Notes: generated by a model from the sequence alone, not told the origin. A stretch of 64,000 nt of DNA from Lophium mytilinum (GCA_010093605.1 MU004187.1:1726882-1790881), one strand, 5' to 3'; positions 33,767-47,307 are shown, counted from the first letter of the stretch. Made by a program: numbers and translations.

Positions 33767-34981
33767 ATGGATAGAGGCCACGAAACACTATGGACTCGCC
33801 GCTCCAAGTAAGTCTCCGCTTTCGTCCCCGCAGCCCGGCCGCTTTCTGCTGAAGCTGACCATTTGCGCAAAGCTCCACCAAGCTGTCTCTAACCACCTCC
33901 AACACGGATCAGCCAGAAAGCAAGCTCGACCATCCCACCCGTACCTTTTCGACCACCAAACGCCTCGGTGGCGATAGCTCCTCGCACAGTGGCAGATCTA
34001 ATCCTTTCAACGCCATTCCTCCTCTGACCGGCGCCTCCGTCGCTTCGCCGACTGCTGGAGCTTCGTCTGCTTTTGGTCTTGGATCTGGAGCCTTTGCGTC
34101 GTTCGGTTCTGCGACCAAGACACCGAAGACGCCGGGGACCGCTTTCGATTTCAGCAAAGCAGCGCCCTCGAGCATGACTCCCACCACCCCTGGCGAAAAG
34201 CGGGACAAGCCGACCTTCAAACAGATTGCGAGCAGCAGGAAGGAACCACACCCAGCCATGGCGCCAGAAGAGGCGCACTCGTCGGGAGGGGCCCAGCTGG
34301 ACCCGCGGGTTCCAGCGCCGCTGAAGTACACGTGGGTGATTTGGTACAGGCCTCCAACCCCGAAAAACGCGGATTACGAAAAGTCAACGAAGCCAATGTG
34401 CAAGATGGGTACTGCGCAGGAGTTCTGGAAAGTCTATGCGCACCTCCGCCGACCCTCGCACCTACCAACTGTCTCCGATTACCATTTCTTCAAGGAGGGA
34501 ATTCGTCCTGTATGGGAGGACGAGGAGAACAAGAGGGGCGGTAAATTCATCATGAGGCTGAAAAAGGGCGTGTGTGATCGGTATTGGGAAGATCTTCTCC
34601 TTGCTATGATTGGAGACCAATTTGCCGGCGCCGGGGAAGAGGTCAACGGCGCCGTCTTAAGCGTTAGGGCCCAAGAGGATGTATTCAGCATCTGGACCAA
34701 GCATGACGGTGGCCGTAATATCAAGATTCGGTACGTGTACCTTCACAACAGCCGAAATACAGCGTGCTAACGTTCCTAGCGAAATCATTAAACAGGCTCT
34801 GGCCCTACCCTCGGACACAAGAATCGAGTTCAAGAGCCATGATGACAGCATCGCTCAGCGGTCTGCGATTGACCAGGCACGCCACGAGAAGACTGGCCAT
34901 CACAGCTCGGAGAAGCGTCGAGTCACGTTGTCGGCGGAAGAGCATACTCCTGGAAAGGAGAAGCCTTCAGCAGGCGCGTAA
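33767..34981 (+). CDS. Translation initiation factor 4E, class II (4EHP/eIF4E2-like), 3 exons
   Basis: PLKYTWVIWY, EFWKVY.HL, DYHFFKEGIRPVWED, RYWEDLLLAMIG and SIW. Tyr (ADYEKS) replaces the first cap-stacking Trp. Confidence 0.88.
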
Positions 34982-35620
34982 GGACAGTGGCTGGAACGCC
35001 TACACCAAACTTTTCATACTTAATTGCATGCATTATACGGCTTCCATGAACATCGGGTAAGGTTGGGATAGCGCGCGATTGAACTTCTCACTCTTCGGCA
35101 TTTCAGGGCGGCCACGATTGGGTCTTGTTCTTCGGCTGGACGTGCCTCGTGCACCTCGACGCCTCTTGTATTCTAGTATTGTCATTAGGGTGGTTGGCAG
35201 CGTTGTGATAGTCCTGGTTTGGCGGCGTTCTGAGCCGATATACCACGTCTCGAAACGGTCTATATAAAAAGTAGGAACTAGTGAGGACCCGGTACTGAGG
35301 CAGTTTGGTCCCATTTTGAATTGGTGAATATGACCTGACGTCTTATACCCGTTTGGCTTGCTCTCGGGGAATAGACAGATAGAATTGGTGGCGTTCCCCA
35401 GCTGGGCTTCTTTGTGAAGTAGACGGGAAGCGAGACAGCCCCGACGTCAGGTTGAGTTCGACTTCACTTGACCCGCACGCGGAGGCTCTCCACAATCGCG
35501 CCCGCCCTCAACGCCCACACGGGCTGTGAAAATGACCAAACTGCATATTCGACAGATGCACTTCCCCAGCTTGACCTGCCAGGCTGTTCTCATCGCAAAG
35601 CTCGCCCGCTAGCAGCTCTG

Positions 35621-38600
35621 ATGTCCTTTATTGCCAAGAGCTTGAGTGCCGTGGGCAGTCGTCTTTTCACCACCTCGACTGCGCCCGACGGCCACAAGAC
35701 CTTAGAAGCCTCCCCAGAGGTGTGTCCCCTTCGTGATCCATCTCATCACCTCTGGGCATGGACCAATCCCCCAAGAATTCGGCGGCTGACAGGCCGCACC
35801 TCCAGGAAAGCGATGCTGGTAGTCCAGGCTCCTCCCACGAACACCCACACAAGCACCGGGCAAAACACCAACATAACCCTCAAGTCCTCTCCTCGCCGAC
35901 GAGCCCTGTGCGCCATATAACCTCTACTGCGTCGGGCTTGCGGCGGCCTAGTAATCGAAGAAGAGAAAGCAAAAGCGATCTGGCGGACGAGAAACGGCTT
36001 CTGGGAGACTACACGTGAGTTGACCTGGCACTCCATACAGAGGGAGAGAGATGTTGACTTTGCATGTAGGACTCCGGCAGATGCGGTGATAATTACCCCT
36101 CCAAACGCTACCACATTCAAGAAGCATAAGGTTAGTCCAGAGCCTCCAGCTTGACCATTCCTTCTGCTAACGGTCGATAGCCAATTACCGGAGGGCACAG
36201 GCCTATGAACACTATGGCGGGACCGATGATCTCTAATATTCAGGTGCCACCTCGTGCTGCGCAACGAACGTATGGTGGCAAGTCCTCCCGCGCCCCAGTC
36301 CATGAGCTAGACGATGACCCCATTTTCGACGGCGAAATGATCTCACCGCGGAAGAGAAGGAAGACAATCCACCCTTCATCGAACCCGGCACCATTTCATG
36401 TACGGGAGGACAGACACTCGCCCCCTGCGTCGCGTCGATCGCAACGACCTCCAGAGAAGCCTAAGCATAGTCGCGACACCATTTGGAACGATCCTCTAGG
36501 CAAGTCTGAGTTTCTGATGGTGGATGACATGATCAACAACTACACATCTAAACGCCGTGAACCCCGGACTTCGTTGACATCTTTGGAAGGTAAACCAGGG
36601 CGACCGACAGCAGCACCACGCACTTCTGGAGTCCCCGAGCGAATAGAACTATCTGACGATGAGGAGTCATCCCGGAACCATCTTAGTCCTCCAGTCCAGC
36701 ATGTGACGGACGCACTTTCTGCTGCTCTCAGCCCCATTGGACGAAGAACAGCTGTACCCGGTGAGACACCTGAACGAATATCGCCATATTTCCCGCCTAC
36801 CAACGGAGCGAAGGTTGTGCGTTCTCTCAGAGGGGGAGCACACAACACTCACACCGATTTCAAGGCCTTCATTCATACCGATCGGCAGAAGAGTAATTCT
36901 AAACAACAGAGGTCACCTCAACAGGATCTTTCAAGGCAATTTCATCGGGACAATGGTAGCTCCGATGATGAATTATCAATTCAGCCCGGGAAGTCTTCTG
37001 GACATCCTAGGAACGTCCTCGAAAACCGTCCATCCAAAATTCCTCCCACGGCCGCTCACTCTCAGGCCAAGCAGAAGCAGGGCCAGGAAGCGAAGTCCGA
37101 GTGTCGCTTAACGTACTTTGCGACACACGGGACGGTTCTTCAGGATCGAGATGATGTCACTTTCTTCTATTCCCGTGAAGAGAATTGTCACTACGTCCGA
37201 CAGCTCGTGTCCGGATCCTCTAACCACAAAGCAGTGTCGAGGATTGACCAATCGAAAGCTATGAGGGTTGTTGAATGTGCTGAGATGAAAAGTCTCCGAC
37301 TCACTGGATCCCGAAGTGGCTTGTCCACATTCTGGTTCGATTTGCAATTCGAGGACGAAGACGAATATGTCATATTCTCGCAAAGCATGCCCCAAGTCGG
37401 GGTTACGAGGGTCTGCAAATCAAGGTATGAAGACACTCTGTCGGTCTGGAGAAACTAGATACTAATACTGGTCCTGTCTTCAGGTCTGAAATGACTAAGA
37501 TACTCGGAAAGCCTCTGTACCCGGGCGTTGTACCTCCAGAACAAGATGAAGAGATATCGCTACTGGAAGCAAATCAGAGAAGGCGTGCTGATGAACCTAG
37601 TCACCGTCTCACAATGCCCGAAAGCAGACTACCTAGAAAGAGACTGTCACATGGTTTGCAGTCAACGGTAGTCGAGGATAACGCAGCAAAGAAGCCACGG
37701 ATCCATGTTGCGGAAAGCGAACTCAACGAGGGTGAGATGGGTTCTAGACCGCCAGTTAGCCACCAGCGAAGAACACGCAGAAGTCTATACACAAACTCAG
37801 AAGATCCGTTCCGTGACCTGTCTCCAGCTCGACTGTAAGTATTGGTTATCTCCGCCGGTATATGATGTATTGACGACCAGCACAGGGACTATGGAGTACT
37901 CGAGAAGGACCGTTACTCGGTTAATCCCGGTCTTGGGCCCAAGTGGGAAAAGCCCGTCGAATTCCCTCTAGTCGGACGCCGGAGAGCTACGGTACCTTAC
38001 GACGATTTGGAGAAGCTAGACGACGGCCAGTTCTTGAATGACGCTCTTCTCGAGTTTTACATGCTCTGGGCATACGAGCAAGCCAAACTCCCCTCCGGCC
38101 ATGTTCACCTCTTCAACACCTACTTCTATGAAACGCTCTCACAGAAGCAAAAAGGAGGAGGTGTGAATTACAAAGGCGTTGCAAGATGGGTGAAGGATGA
38201 TATCTTCAGTTATGATTACGTCGTCGTTCCGGTCAACGAAGAGTAAGTTCCCTGGCTATTCCCCACTGCGCGTGCTAATCCTCATCTCGCAGCACCCACT
38301 GGTACGTTGCTATCATATGCAATTTGCCTAACATTGAAGGCGTTAAAATGAGGGAGACTCCCGGCGACGCTTTAGTGAAGCCGGAGATCATACAAGTGGA
38401 AGACGAAGACAACCGTGAGCCTAGCAATGCTGAAATACAACCCAACGGGACGGCCTCAGATCACCACGGAGACTGTAGTAGGACGAATGTTTATACCCCC
38501 CAAGACAGTAACGCACCCTCCGCCCTATCAGAACAAGAAGATCCAGACCTGTTTGCCGAAGAACATGCGACCAACAGCAAGACTATCTGCGAAACTGGTG

Positions 38601-39902
38601 AATGGCCAGACCCGAAAGAAAATCGCGAGTCTCAAAGCGTTACGCCTTTCCGGGACACGTCGGCTGCTGTTCAACGGTTATCGCTCCAAGACGATCCTCC
38701 GGGTAGCAATCTTGACAGTCCAGCTTTGAAGTCGAACACGGGCAGTCTCAGGGGCAAGAAAAAGTGGCCAGGCCCAAGGAAATACGACCCTGACCAGTTA
38801 GTGCCCAAAAACCTCTTACATCAAACGTTTTCATACTAATCGTTGCTCAAATAGGCCTGTCATGATAGTCCTCGACTCCCTTGACATCACTCATGCAAAG
38901 GCGGTAAGAAATCTAAAAGACTACATCCAGGAAGAAGGCAAAGCGAAGCGCAAAATCGATGCTCAGATCACTAGTACCATAAACGTTAAGGATATTCCAA
39001 AGCAGAGCAACTACTACGATTGCGGGGTCTTCGTGCTTCTGTACCTAAAGGCATTCTTTCAGAACCCTCGCGAATTTGTTACAAAGATTCTCACTAGGGA
39101 AATGAGTCTTGAGAACGATTGGGTAGGTGCGTCTGCCGGCGATATGAGGGCGGAAATCCGTAACATACTGTACGATCTTCACAAAGAGCAAGACGCTGTG
39201 CGCAAAAAGCAGAAGGCCGAGAGGAAAAAGATCAAGAAGGAGTCACCTGAAAAAAAGGTCGTAGAGAAGGAGAAGAAGCCAGAGAAGTCACCAGAACCAC
39301 AACCCGCAGCAAAAGCGTCATCGTCTCCCGCAAAGCGGCAAGAGAGCCCTAAGGTTCACCTTCGAAACGGCGAGAATGCTGACTTAGACGACGCTCCCGT
39401 CCCTTCAATCGAGGATCGGCCTGTCACGCCGAGCACGCCAGCTCTCCCGTTCAGGGCCCAGGGCTTGGAAGGCACCCCAGAAAGCCCTATTGGGGGACGC
39501 CATACGAAGTTCGGCTCTACTATACCGGAAAGCCCTCCGATCCCCGCGCAATCTTCGCGTCTGGGTAGTGAGGCTGCACCAATCGAAATCGAAGACTCCC
39601 AAGTCACTATGTCGCAAGATCTTATTCAACAACAACCGCATCATGCGCCGGAACCCACCGACCTCTGGGCACAGCTTGAGGTTGCTAGCGGCAAAGAGCC
39701 TAGCATATCTTCTAAAGAGCCTAGGAAATCGTTCAAGGAGCCCAGCATATCTATCACGTCCCCCAGATCTGGAAGGAAACGAAGGATAGTCGATGTCGAC
39801 AGGTATCCCAAGACTAGTTTTGACGAGATTGTTGAAGACAAAGACTCCACGCCGGCTGATGCAACGAGGAATAACCCTCGGGCACATCCTGAGGGGGATT
39901 GA
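35621..39902 (+). CDS. Ulp1-family (C48) SUMO protease, Ulp2-like, multi-exon
   Basis: FLNDALLEFY, FNTYFY, YVVVPVN|xHWY, VLDSL and PKQSNYYDCG, with long disordered N- and C-terminal regions. The 5' exons are less certain. Confidence 0.82.
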
Positions 39903-40540
39903 ACTCCCACGCGAGGCCACCATCAATGACCGAACGATCTACCTGAGGACCTTTGTTTGTCGTGCTGAGCCATCTGGACCGAGCGCTTGCTTGCATCACT
40001 TTTTCCCTCTATGAGTTGACTCCAGGGAGATATCATAGCTGTCATAGGCAGCATGGCTAGCCTTTTCACTTTCAATTGTCACTTTATTTCTGCATAGATG
40101 GCGAGCTGGCGAGCTGGCTGCATTGGCACTGGCGTTTTGATTTTGGGTACGGATGCATTGCGCCGGGCCTATGGTGTCTGTTGTCAGTTCCCCATGACCG
40201 ATCAGATTGTGGCATTTGATGAGGGACGATATGCGATGACGGATGATAGTTCGGTTCTTACGTCTCTGGTTCTTACACCTCGGCGGGTATAAGTGCTAAT
40301 ACTAATAGAAAATGCACTATTATAAATTTTGCGTCTACCAATTCTAATGACACTAAATGCCTCTGAGTGCCTTGTGTCTATTCTTGGGTATATTCGTAAT
40401 GTTGCAGGCTAGCGTGGGAGGGAAAACAAATCCGACAAACGAAACGTTTGCTCTTTTCACTGTCTTGGCCCTGGCCATCTCCTTCTAGTCCTTTTGCCCG
40501 TCGATATCCTATCATCGTCTTTCGTATCATACAACACCCT

Positions 40541-41327
40541 TCACACCGCACTCTCAACCAACTCTTTCGCCTTCCCCTCTTCCAGTGACCTCGTAATACT
40601 CCCATTAGCCCCCCGCCCACCCGTCGGATCCTGGGCCGCAACAGCATCATCAACTTCTAGAAACCAGTCAGCATTACATCCCCCCTCTCACCCCTCGCAA
40701 ACCAAATCAACCAGAGCAAGCAAATACCAATAAAAGACGCCCTACCAGCATACTCCCCCTCCGCCCCCGTCCCAACCCACCTCCCCATCTTCTCCCGCAC
40801 AAACTCCCCAAAATCCCACTCCTGCGGCTCCAGCCGCTCTTTCCCCGCAACCCACACGTACACCTCCGCCTGCACCTCCTCCCCCTCCGTCACCTCGTTT
40901 TCCGCCTTAACCTCCCCATCCGCACCCACCGCGCCAATCCCCTCGCCCTCGGACTCTAGCACGCGCACGACGACTTTCCGCCGCGCGTACTCGTGGCCCT
41001 CGAAGATATCGAGGCGCCAGATGTCGCCGTCGTTGAGGCCGGTGACGAGGGTGCCGCGGACGGAGGTTGTGGAGTTGGCGGGCAGGATGGCGGGGTAGTC
41101 TGCGGCGCGGACTTTGTGGCGCTGGAAGCGGGGGAGGAGGGCCGGGCGGATGGTGAGGAGGGAGCGCTGGAAGGGGGTGGGTGTGGCGGTGCCGTGGATG
41201 ACGCGGTGGAGGACGGCGGGGGCCATGAGGGTGCCTGGTGGTGTTATAAGAGGTGTAGATAGAGGTACGGGTATGGGGGAATGAGGGTAGGGGATGTACC
41301 ATAGAAGAAGGCGGTGTGGTCGCCCAT
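40541..41327 (-). CDS. AIG2-like / gamma-glutamylcyclotransferase family protein, 3 exons
   Basis: FFYGTLM across intron 1, RHKVRAADYPAI, VRGTLVTGL, LDIFEG.EY and EWDF. Confidence 0.88.
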
Positions 41328-41698
41328 TGTGGCTGGGCGATTGGGAACGTGAAGGGGAGGTAACGTGAAGGTAAGGTAAAGTGAAGGTTGTAGATATATT
41401 GATAAGCGGGCCGATAAGCCTTTTGCATCGATCTCGAAATTCTCAGCCCTACGGCGGACGCCAACGCCGGGCTGGAGTAACGCCGAGATTGCATTTCCAT
41501 CTAAACCTCGAAAGCGACGGCACAGTCGGACCCCCTTCTCCATCCCTTTCTTGTTGACTGTGTTCGAAGTGCTGGGAATTCATGGGTTGGTGATTCGACG
41601 CTTTTGAGAAGGAATTACGCGCATTTTCACGCCCGACTTTTGGCTATACGGTGGGAACGTTGGATACGAGGCCCCCCGCTGGGTTCCGGGCCGTCAAC

Positions 41699-42642
41699 AT
41701 GGGCATTTTGAATGCGATTGTGACGAGCATTGCGCCTATTTTGTAAGTCTACGACACGGTAGTGATGAATTGCAGTGTGCTAATGCGTCGCGCAGTATTG
41801 TTACGTCGCCAGTAACCTCCTATGCCGATCAGATATGGGCCATCCATAAGAGCCGCTCGTCGGCAGGCTTCTCCCTCGATATACCTCTCATAATGCTCGT
41901 CGCTAGCATACTAAAGTACGAGAACCTCTCCTGAACACATGTCGCATGTCTGCGGTTCAACTATAACCCATAGCTAAACGCACGCAGAGTCTACTACTGG
42001 TTCGGCGCGCACTTCTCCACCGCCCTCCTCCTCCAAGCCCTCCTCATGATCTCCATCCACCTCCTCCTCCTCCACGTCGCCCTCACCAACCGCCCCCAGA
42101 CCACCCACCACACGCCCTTCTCGCCCGCGCCCACCGCCCGCCCATATGACTTCTGGCAATGGCGCATGGCGCGCCCCTACTGGTCTTTCCTGACCTACTT
42201 CGCTGGCACCCTCCTCGTTATTCAGGTGCTGCTCGGCACAACGGCGCTCTTCATGCCCTACACCGAGCTGCTCGGCTTCGTCGCGCTAGCGATCGAAGCT
42301 ACGCTCCCCTTGCCGCAGCTCTACGCGAACCAGAAGCGGAGAGGGTGCAAAGGGTTTAGGGTGTCGGTGATTGGCAATTGGTTGGTGGGTGATGTGTTCA
42401 AGATGTGGTTCTTTTTTGCGAGTGGGAGTGGGGAGGGGGGCGTGCCGGTGGCGTTTAAGTTGTGTGGTGTGTTTCAGATGCTATGTGATATTGGGCTGGG
42501 GGTGCAGTGGTGGGTGTTTGGGGATGGGGTTGAGGACGGCCCGCGGATACCGAGTGGGACGGGGTTTGGGGAGAAGGTCGGGGATGAGATGAGGGGGCCA
42601 GGGGATATACCGTTGGATTGGGAGAAGTCGAGGTTGGGGTGA
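41699..42642 (+). CDS. PQ-loop repeat membrane protein (Any1/PQLC1-like), 3 exons
   Basis: SYADQI...GFSLDIPLIMLVASILK, FWQW, IEATLPLPQ and WLVGD.FK. Confidence 0.85.
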
Positions 42643-42944
42643 AAGGGGGATAGGGGAAGGTGGGAGAGTTGGGTAGGAATGGATGAATGCGTTATTGTTA
42701 TAGTTGGCTGCGAGAGAGTAATAGGTTGGATGTGATATCACGTGCTCTTAAGAGCTGAGGTTACGAAAAGGAGGTAATGAGAACGATCTTGGGTATAGCG
42801 GTAGGCTACATCCGGTGTGCGATTGCTGTTTCTTAGCCACAGCATTCAGATATAGTGGCATGTAATTATGTACATACGCAGGAACCTGCTCTATCCAAGG
42901 TTCGCACGGCGGCGCTCACGATTTATTAGGTACACCAGACTTGA

Positions 42945-43659
42945 TCCAATCGTTAAACTGAGCAGCCGGTCCTTATTGGTGCGTCTCTTATCGATAGAAC
43001 GTGGACGTGTGAAGGGATACATGGAACGGGTCGATGGAGCTAAACCACATATCTGTCTAAATTTGCAACCCTCCCTTCCAGAGCACAAGAAGTGTCTAGA
43101 TCCCAGTAACTTTGGAAGCGTCGGTCAAAGAGCCGTGGAAATAAAGAGGCACACGGTGGCCTGAATACTTAAGACCTTCCAAGTAGTCGTAGCCTCATTG
43201 CCCTCACACTCCCACCACCACAGCAACTTCCTCACGCAGACCAACATTCTGCCAAAGCATTTCCAGTCATGTGTGTGGTCAAGCACCACCCTCTCGATGT
43301 CTATGACTGGTACATTATCGCATTCTGCATATACGTTCTTTTTCTCACCATTTTGTTTATCGTCTTGCTCGCCAATCTTCTCTTCAAGTTCTTCCGCGGT
43401 CGGCCCACCCCCAAGGAACAGCAGACGCTCGTCAGTGCCTCTTACGACCAATCGCCGCTCCTATGCGCTAGGTGTGCAGAGTCCGAGGCAGCTGAGCAGA
43501 AACTAGACGAAAAGTACTCTCCAACCCACAGTACAGCAGCGGATGCGATGGCTTCCCGAGCGGCGGCCGACCTGCACGCGACGAGCAAGCGGCCTAGGAT
43601 ATCCCTTCTTAACCCACCGATGGACGACTCTTGGACCATAATTCTGTAACTCCGTACTG
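42945..43659 (+). repeat. Segmental duplication copy B (inverted relative to 6860-7684)
   Basis: See copy A. Confidence 0.92.
43269..43649 (+). CDS. Small single-pass membrane protein, paralog of 6870-7322, ending in DDSWTIIL
   Basis: 126-aa ORF with a hydrophobic segment followed by RGRPTP. It shares SAS...SPLL...AESEAAEQ..DE..SPT and RIS.LNP..DD.W with the paralog. Confidence 0.75.
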   Translation: MCVVKHHPLDVYDWYIIAFCIYVLFLTILFIVLLANLLFKFFRGRPTPKEQQTLVSASYDQSPLLCARCAESEAAEQKLDEKYSPTHSTAADAMASRAAADLHATSKRPRISLLNPPMDDSWTIIL

Positions 43660-44215
43660 CACTGTACAGGAAGGGCGAAGCAGCGGGTTAAGGGATAAGA
43701 TTGGGCACACGGGTGTTTTACTGCGTTGGGTCCACTTGCTCGATCGAGAAGACTGTAAGTCGCCCAGCTAGCAAGTGTTATTTCTAACCTCTTTGAATTA
43801 GTCGAATTTCTACTAGGTTAGTCTTCGTGTTGTATTCAAAGAGTCAGAAGACTATTAGGGTACCCCAAACAGTTGCGAGGAGTGCTGTACTTGATAGATG
43901 AATAGGGAGAAATGCTGCTGGGTGTACTCGACACAGAGAGGTTGGACTGCTACAAACGAGGAATGGACTCTTCCGTGTCTACGATGTATGATAGGCACGT
44001 GTATCGAAAGGTTCAGATTGTATTCTGATAGAATAAATCATTTTCATCACAACGAAACGTGACGTCTTGACTGGACCGCTCGCTCCGATGTCGGCAAATC
44101 CGCTACGCCCGTCTCGCGCCGAAGCCTTGGCGCCGTCCGGTCGAGGCCGAGAACGCAGCGGCAACAGAAGTGCCCGCGCGGTTCGGCGTCTTTGGTGCAG
44201 GATCATAATCTTCGG

Positions 44216-44224
44216 ATCTGATAA
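44216..44224 (+). promoter_or_regulatory. SreA-type extended GATA site (ATCTGATAA) upstream of hapX
   Basis: Exact match to the ATCWGATAA consensus, 45 bp before the predicted hapX ATG. A weaker TTCTGATAG lies near 44023. Confidence 0.65.
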
Positions 44225-44268
44225 CAGCCTTGGGGAAACCTCCGCCTCTCCTGCACCCGACTTTCGTC

Positions 44269-46147
44269 ATGTCCACCGCAGCCCGTCACGAAGGAGAGCA
44301 CGATGCTCCCCAACCCGTCCAAGCATTATCACCTGCCTCCAATTACTCGGCTACCAGCTCCACGCGCCCGCTGAGCTCCTCGCGAGGTGAGTGGACCCGC
44401 GCAAATCCCGACTGCACCACCTCAATCCCGCACACTTAACTCTATCGCCGTCGGTGTATGCTCTATGCCAGCTATGGAGGCTGTTGCATATTGTTAGTGG
44501 CGCAGTTGCCACCACGTGTCCTGTTGTCGCTGCTCCCTCTTATCCGGCACATCTTCCACCCTTTGGTCTCTACCTGCAGCATTATACGGCCTTCACGGAG
44601 CTGCTCATCATGGACGATCCCACTGACAGCGTACAGTACAACCGCTGGCACCAGGGTCTTCAATCCAAACACCTTCTGCCACGGCGTCCCCACAGTCCAA
44701 CGGCCATGGCCCGGCCTCTCCAATGGGCGGTGGCCCCATTGGGTCGTCGTGGTCCGTTCCGCCACGCCCGAAGCCAGGACGAAAGCCTGCTACGGACGAG
44801 CCCTTGACGAAGCGCAAGGCCCAGAACCGAGAGGCTCAACGGGCTTTTCGTGCCAGAAAGAAGCAGACTCTCGAGAGCATGGAAAACTCGCTCAAGAGTA
44901 AGGCCGAGATCCACCAGGAGGAGATCGCCAAGAAAGACGCAGTCATCGCAGACCTGAACAAGCAGATCGAGGTCCAGAATGATCACATCACAACGCTCAA
45001 CAGGAAGTTCATCGAGGCCGCTGCATGGGAAAAAGAAGTTGCCTCCAAGGACCGAGAGATTGCCTTCTGGAAAGGACGATTCGAAGACGCGGAGAGGGCT
45101 GCGCGAGGTGAGATGACGCTGAGCGGCCGAAACTCCCCTCCCGCCAAGAAGCTCTCTTTGCAAGTTGGGACGCCCCAGCCTTTCCAGGATCTGGATGTTG
45201 GATGTGGCAACTGCAAGGCCGATGGCCGCTGTGCTTGCATCGAGGCCTTCGCAAAAGACCACAATCTCAATTCGCCGACCAAAATCTCTACAAGCGACTT
45301 TAGAGGCCAATCGCCTGCCGATTCCCTTTCCCCCGAACAGGAGATTGACTTCACAAGTCAGTTCAGCCGGCCGAAATATAACGGCATGCCGAAGCCGGAC
45401 GACAGAGCCTCGATCACGTTTCTGACGGACCAAGACTCTACCTGTGGCTTCTGCACCGACGAGACCAATTGCGCATGCAAAATTGAATCACTACAGCAGT
45501 TGTCCAGATCCGAGATGCCCCCTCCATCTCAAACACGAACTTTGCAGAACTCTTCAAGCAACTGCCCAACTGGACCTGGTTCTTGCGCAGACTGTATGGC
45601 AAACCCTCGCCAGAAAGCCTGGTGTGAGGCAGTCTCTCGGTTGAAAACGCCTGGCGCAATTGATGACACATGGTCACGAAGCAGCACAAAGATGGCACCC
45701 ATTCGATCGCGAAGCCCTTATTCTCTACCAAAACCTCCCATGTCCACTCTGGAGCCCTCCAACCCCACCGTTGGCTGTGACGAGGCATTCCGATTGTTTG
45801 ATGGTCGGCTTGATATGGAGAGCGACCGCATGGATTGGGTCAAGAACCTTCGGCCAGTCTCTCCCACTGGAGAGAAAGACACCGCAATGGACACGGGGCG
45901 GAAATACAGCGCCGTTGAGCTCGAAAGCGCGAGCGTGATCGCCTCCTTGACGCATACTATGGGGCCCTTGGTACCTCGCTCGACAGATGGTCCCAACGCC
46001 GAGCTCGTCGAGATTGCCGACAAGCGCCGGAAGCTCATCAACTCGCCTTCGTCAATGCAAACCAGGCGAGGGCAGACCGCTGGCTCTCCTGGCCTACCGA
46101 TCTCGACACTCGTCAATGGAGGGGCTCGCTCAGTTAATAGGCATTGA
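44269..46147 (+). CDS. hapX: bZIP iron-homeostasis regulator HapX, 2 exons
   Basis: Hap4-like WSVPPRPKPGRKP, bZIP KRKAQNREAQRAFR, and Cys-rich regions GCGNC...CAC, CGFC...CAC and GPGSCADC. Intron ~44387-44636. Confidence 0.88.
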
Positions 46148-47307
46148 ATGGTCTGGTTATTGCTGATTCCTATGTGCTTCATCTAATCGAGAGAAAACAC
46201 TCGCTTGTTAGGGGGACGGTTGGAGAGGCTGTGCTGCAGTCTCTCCTCTCACTGCTGGAAATATATGGGCTACAAATTCTACCCTCGTCGGTTGAGAGGC
46301 TGCGCTAAAGCCCTTTTCTACGATAAAACATCGGATTGTTGAAACCATGGACAGATCATCTTCCTGAGCGGACCTCTCAAAAATATCCTTAACGAGCCTT
46401 TCCTGTCACCGGGTCGTTCATTGCATTGGCAGCTTTGGGCGCCTGCTACCCCTTACTATTCCTGCCATTCTGCCGCTTTGTTTTCCAGAGGCATCGGAAC
46501 GGTACCGCTTGTAAATGCTTGTGCTTGCATGCTATATACGGGGATGGCTCTTTTGACGAGCTCTATGCTTACTAGACCTGTGGCGCCTGGCGCGACCGAA
46601 TTGCTACGCCTGGGGCGAACCGGTCGGATTAAATACGGGGGATCTTTGGTTCTTGCAGTATTCAAGGAGTAGGGGCTATAATATACAAATAATAAACTCT
46701 CTGCTCTACTGCGCCTTACCTTCCGTGCGACCAATATACGATATTACATGTGCAAAACAACGACTTGTGACACAGATGCACGCTTCTATGACGTCCGCCG
46801 AATTGTTGGTATCACAGCGTATAAGTGTTTTGTTGGGAGCGGAGCGTCTATGCAGAGAGGGGAAATTCTGACTGAGTCGAGTATCAGCCCACTCGGTCGC
46901 CTGATCGATGTTGTAGTTGCGGTTCTCTATTTGCACCTCCGCCATCGGAGTGTGTTTGGGGTTATGTGCGGATTGGGGACTGCCGGGACTGTTTGCCTTG
47001 ATGGGCTCTGGGTACTATGGGTTTTGTAGGTGGGGGTTTAAGGTTGGGCCAAGAGTTGCTGGATTTAGGGTGGGTCACGTGGGAGGCGGGTAAGAGAGTC
47101 AGGGGGACAGAGAAAGGAGAGTTATTAGAGAGGACACAAGGCCCGCAGGGTAGAGAGTTGTAGGGTACGATAATGCCCGAAGAAATCTGAATGTGTATGA
47201 AAAACCTCATCATTCCAAACTCGTGATAACCTCTAATGACAGCCCCTCGATCCCACCCTTTTGAACCCCCAGACGCCTCTACTATGCCGCACGCTCCCCA
47301 CCATCCC

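Noticed and set aside
44660..45433. Long antisense ORFs (257 aa here; similar ones over the epimerase, UGT, hydrolase and Ulp genes)
   Set aside because: They are shadow ORFs from codon bias of real opposite-strand genes and show no protein motifs.
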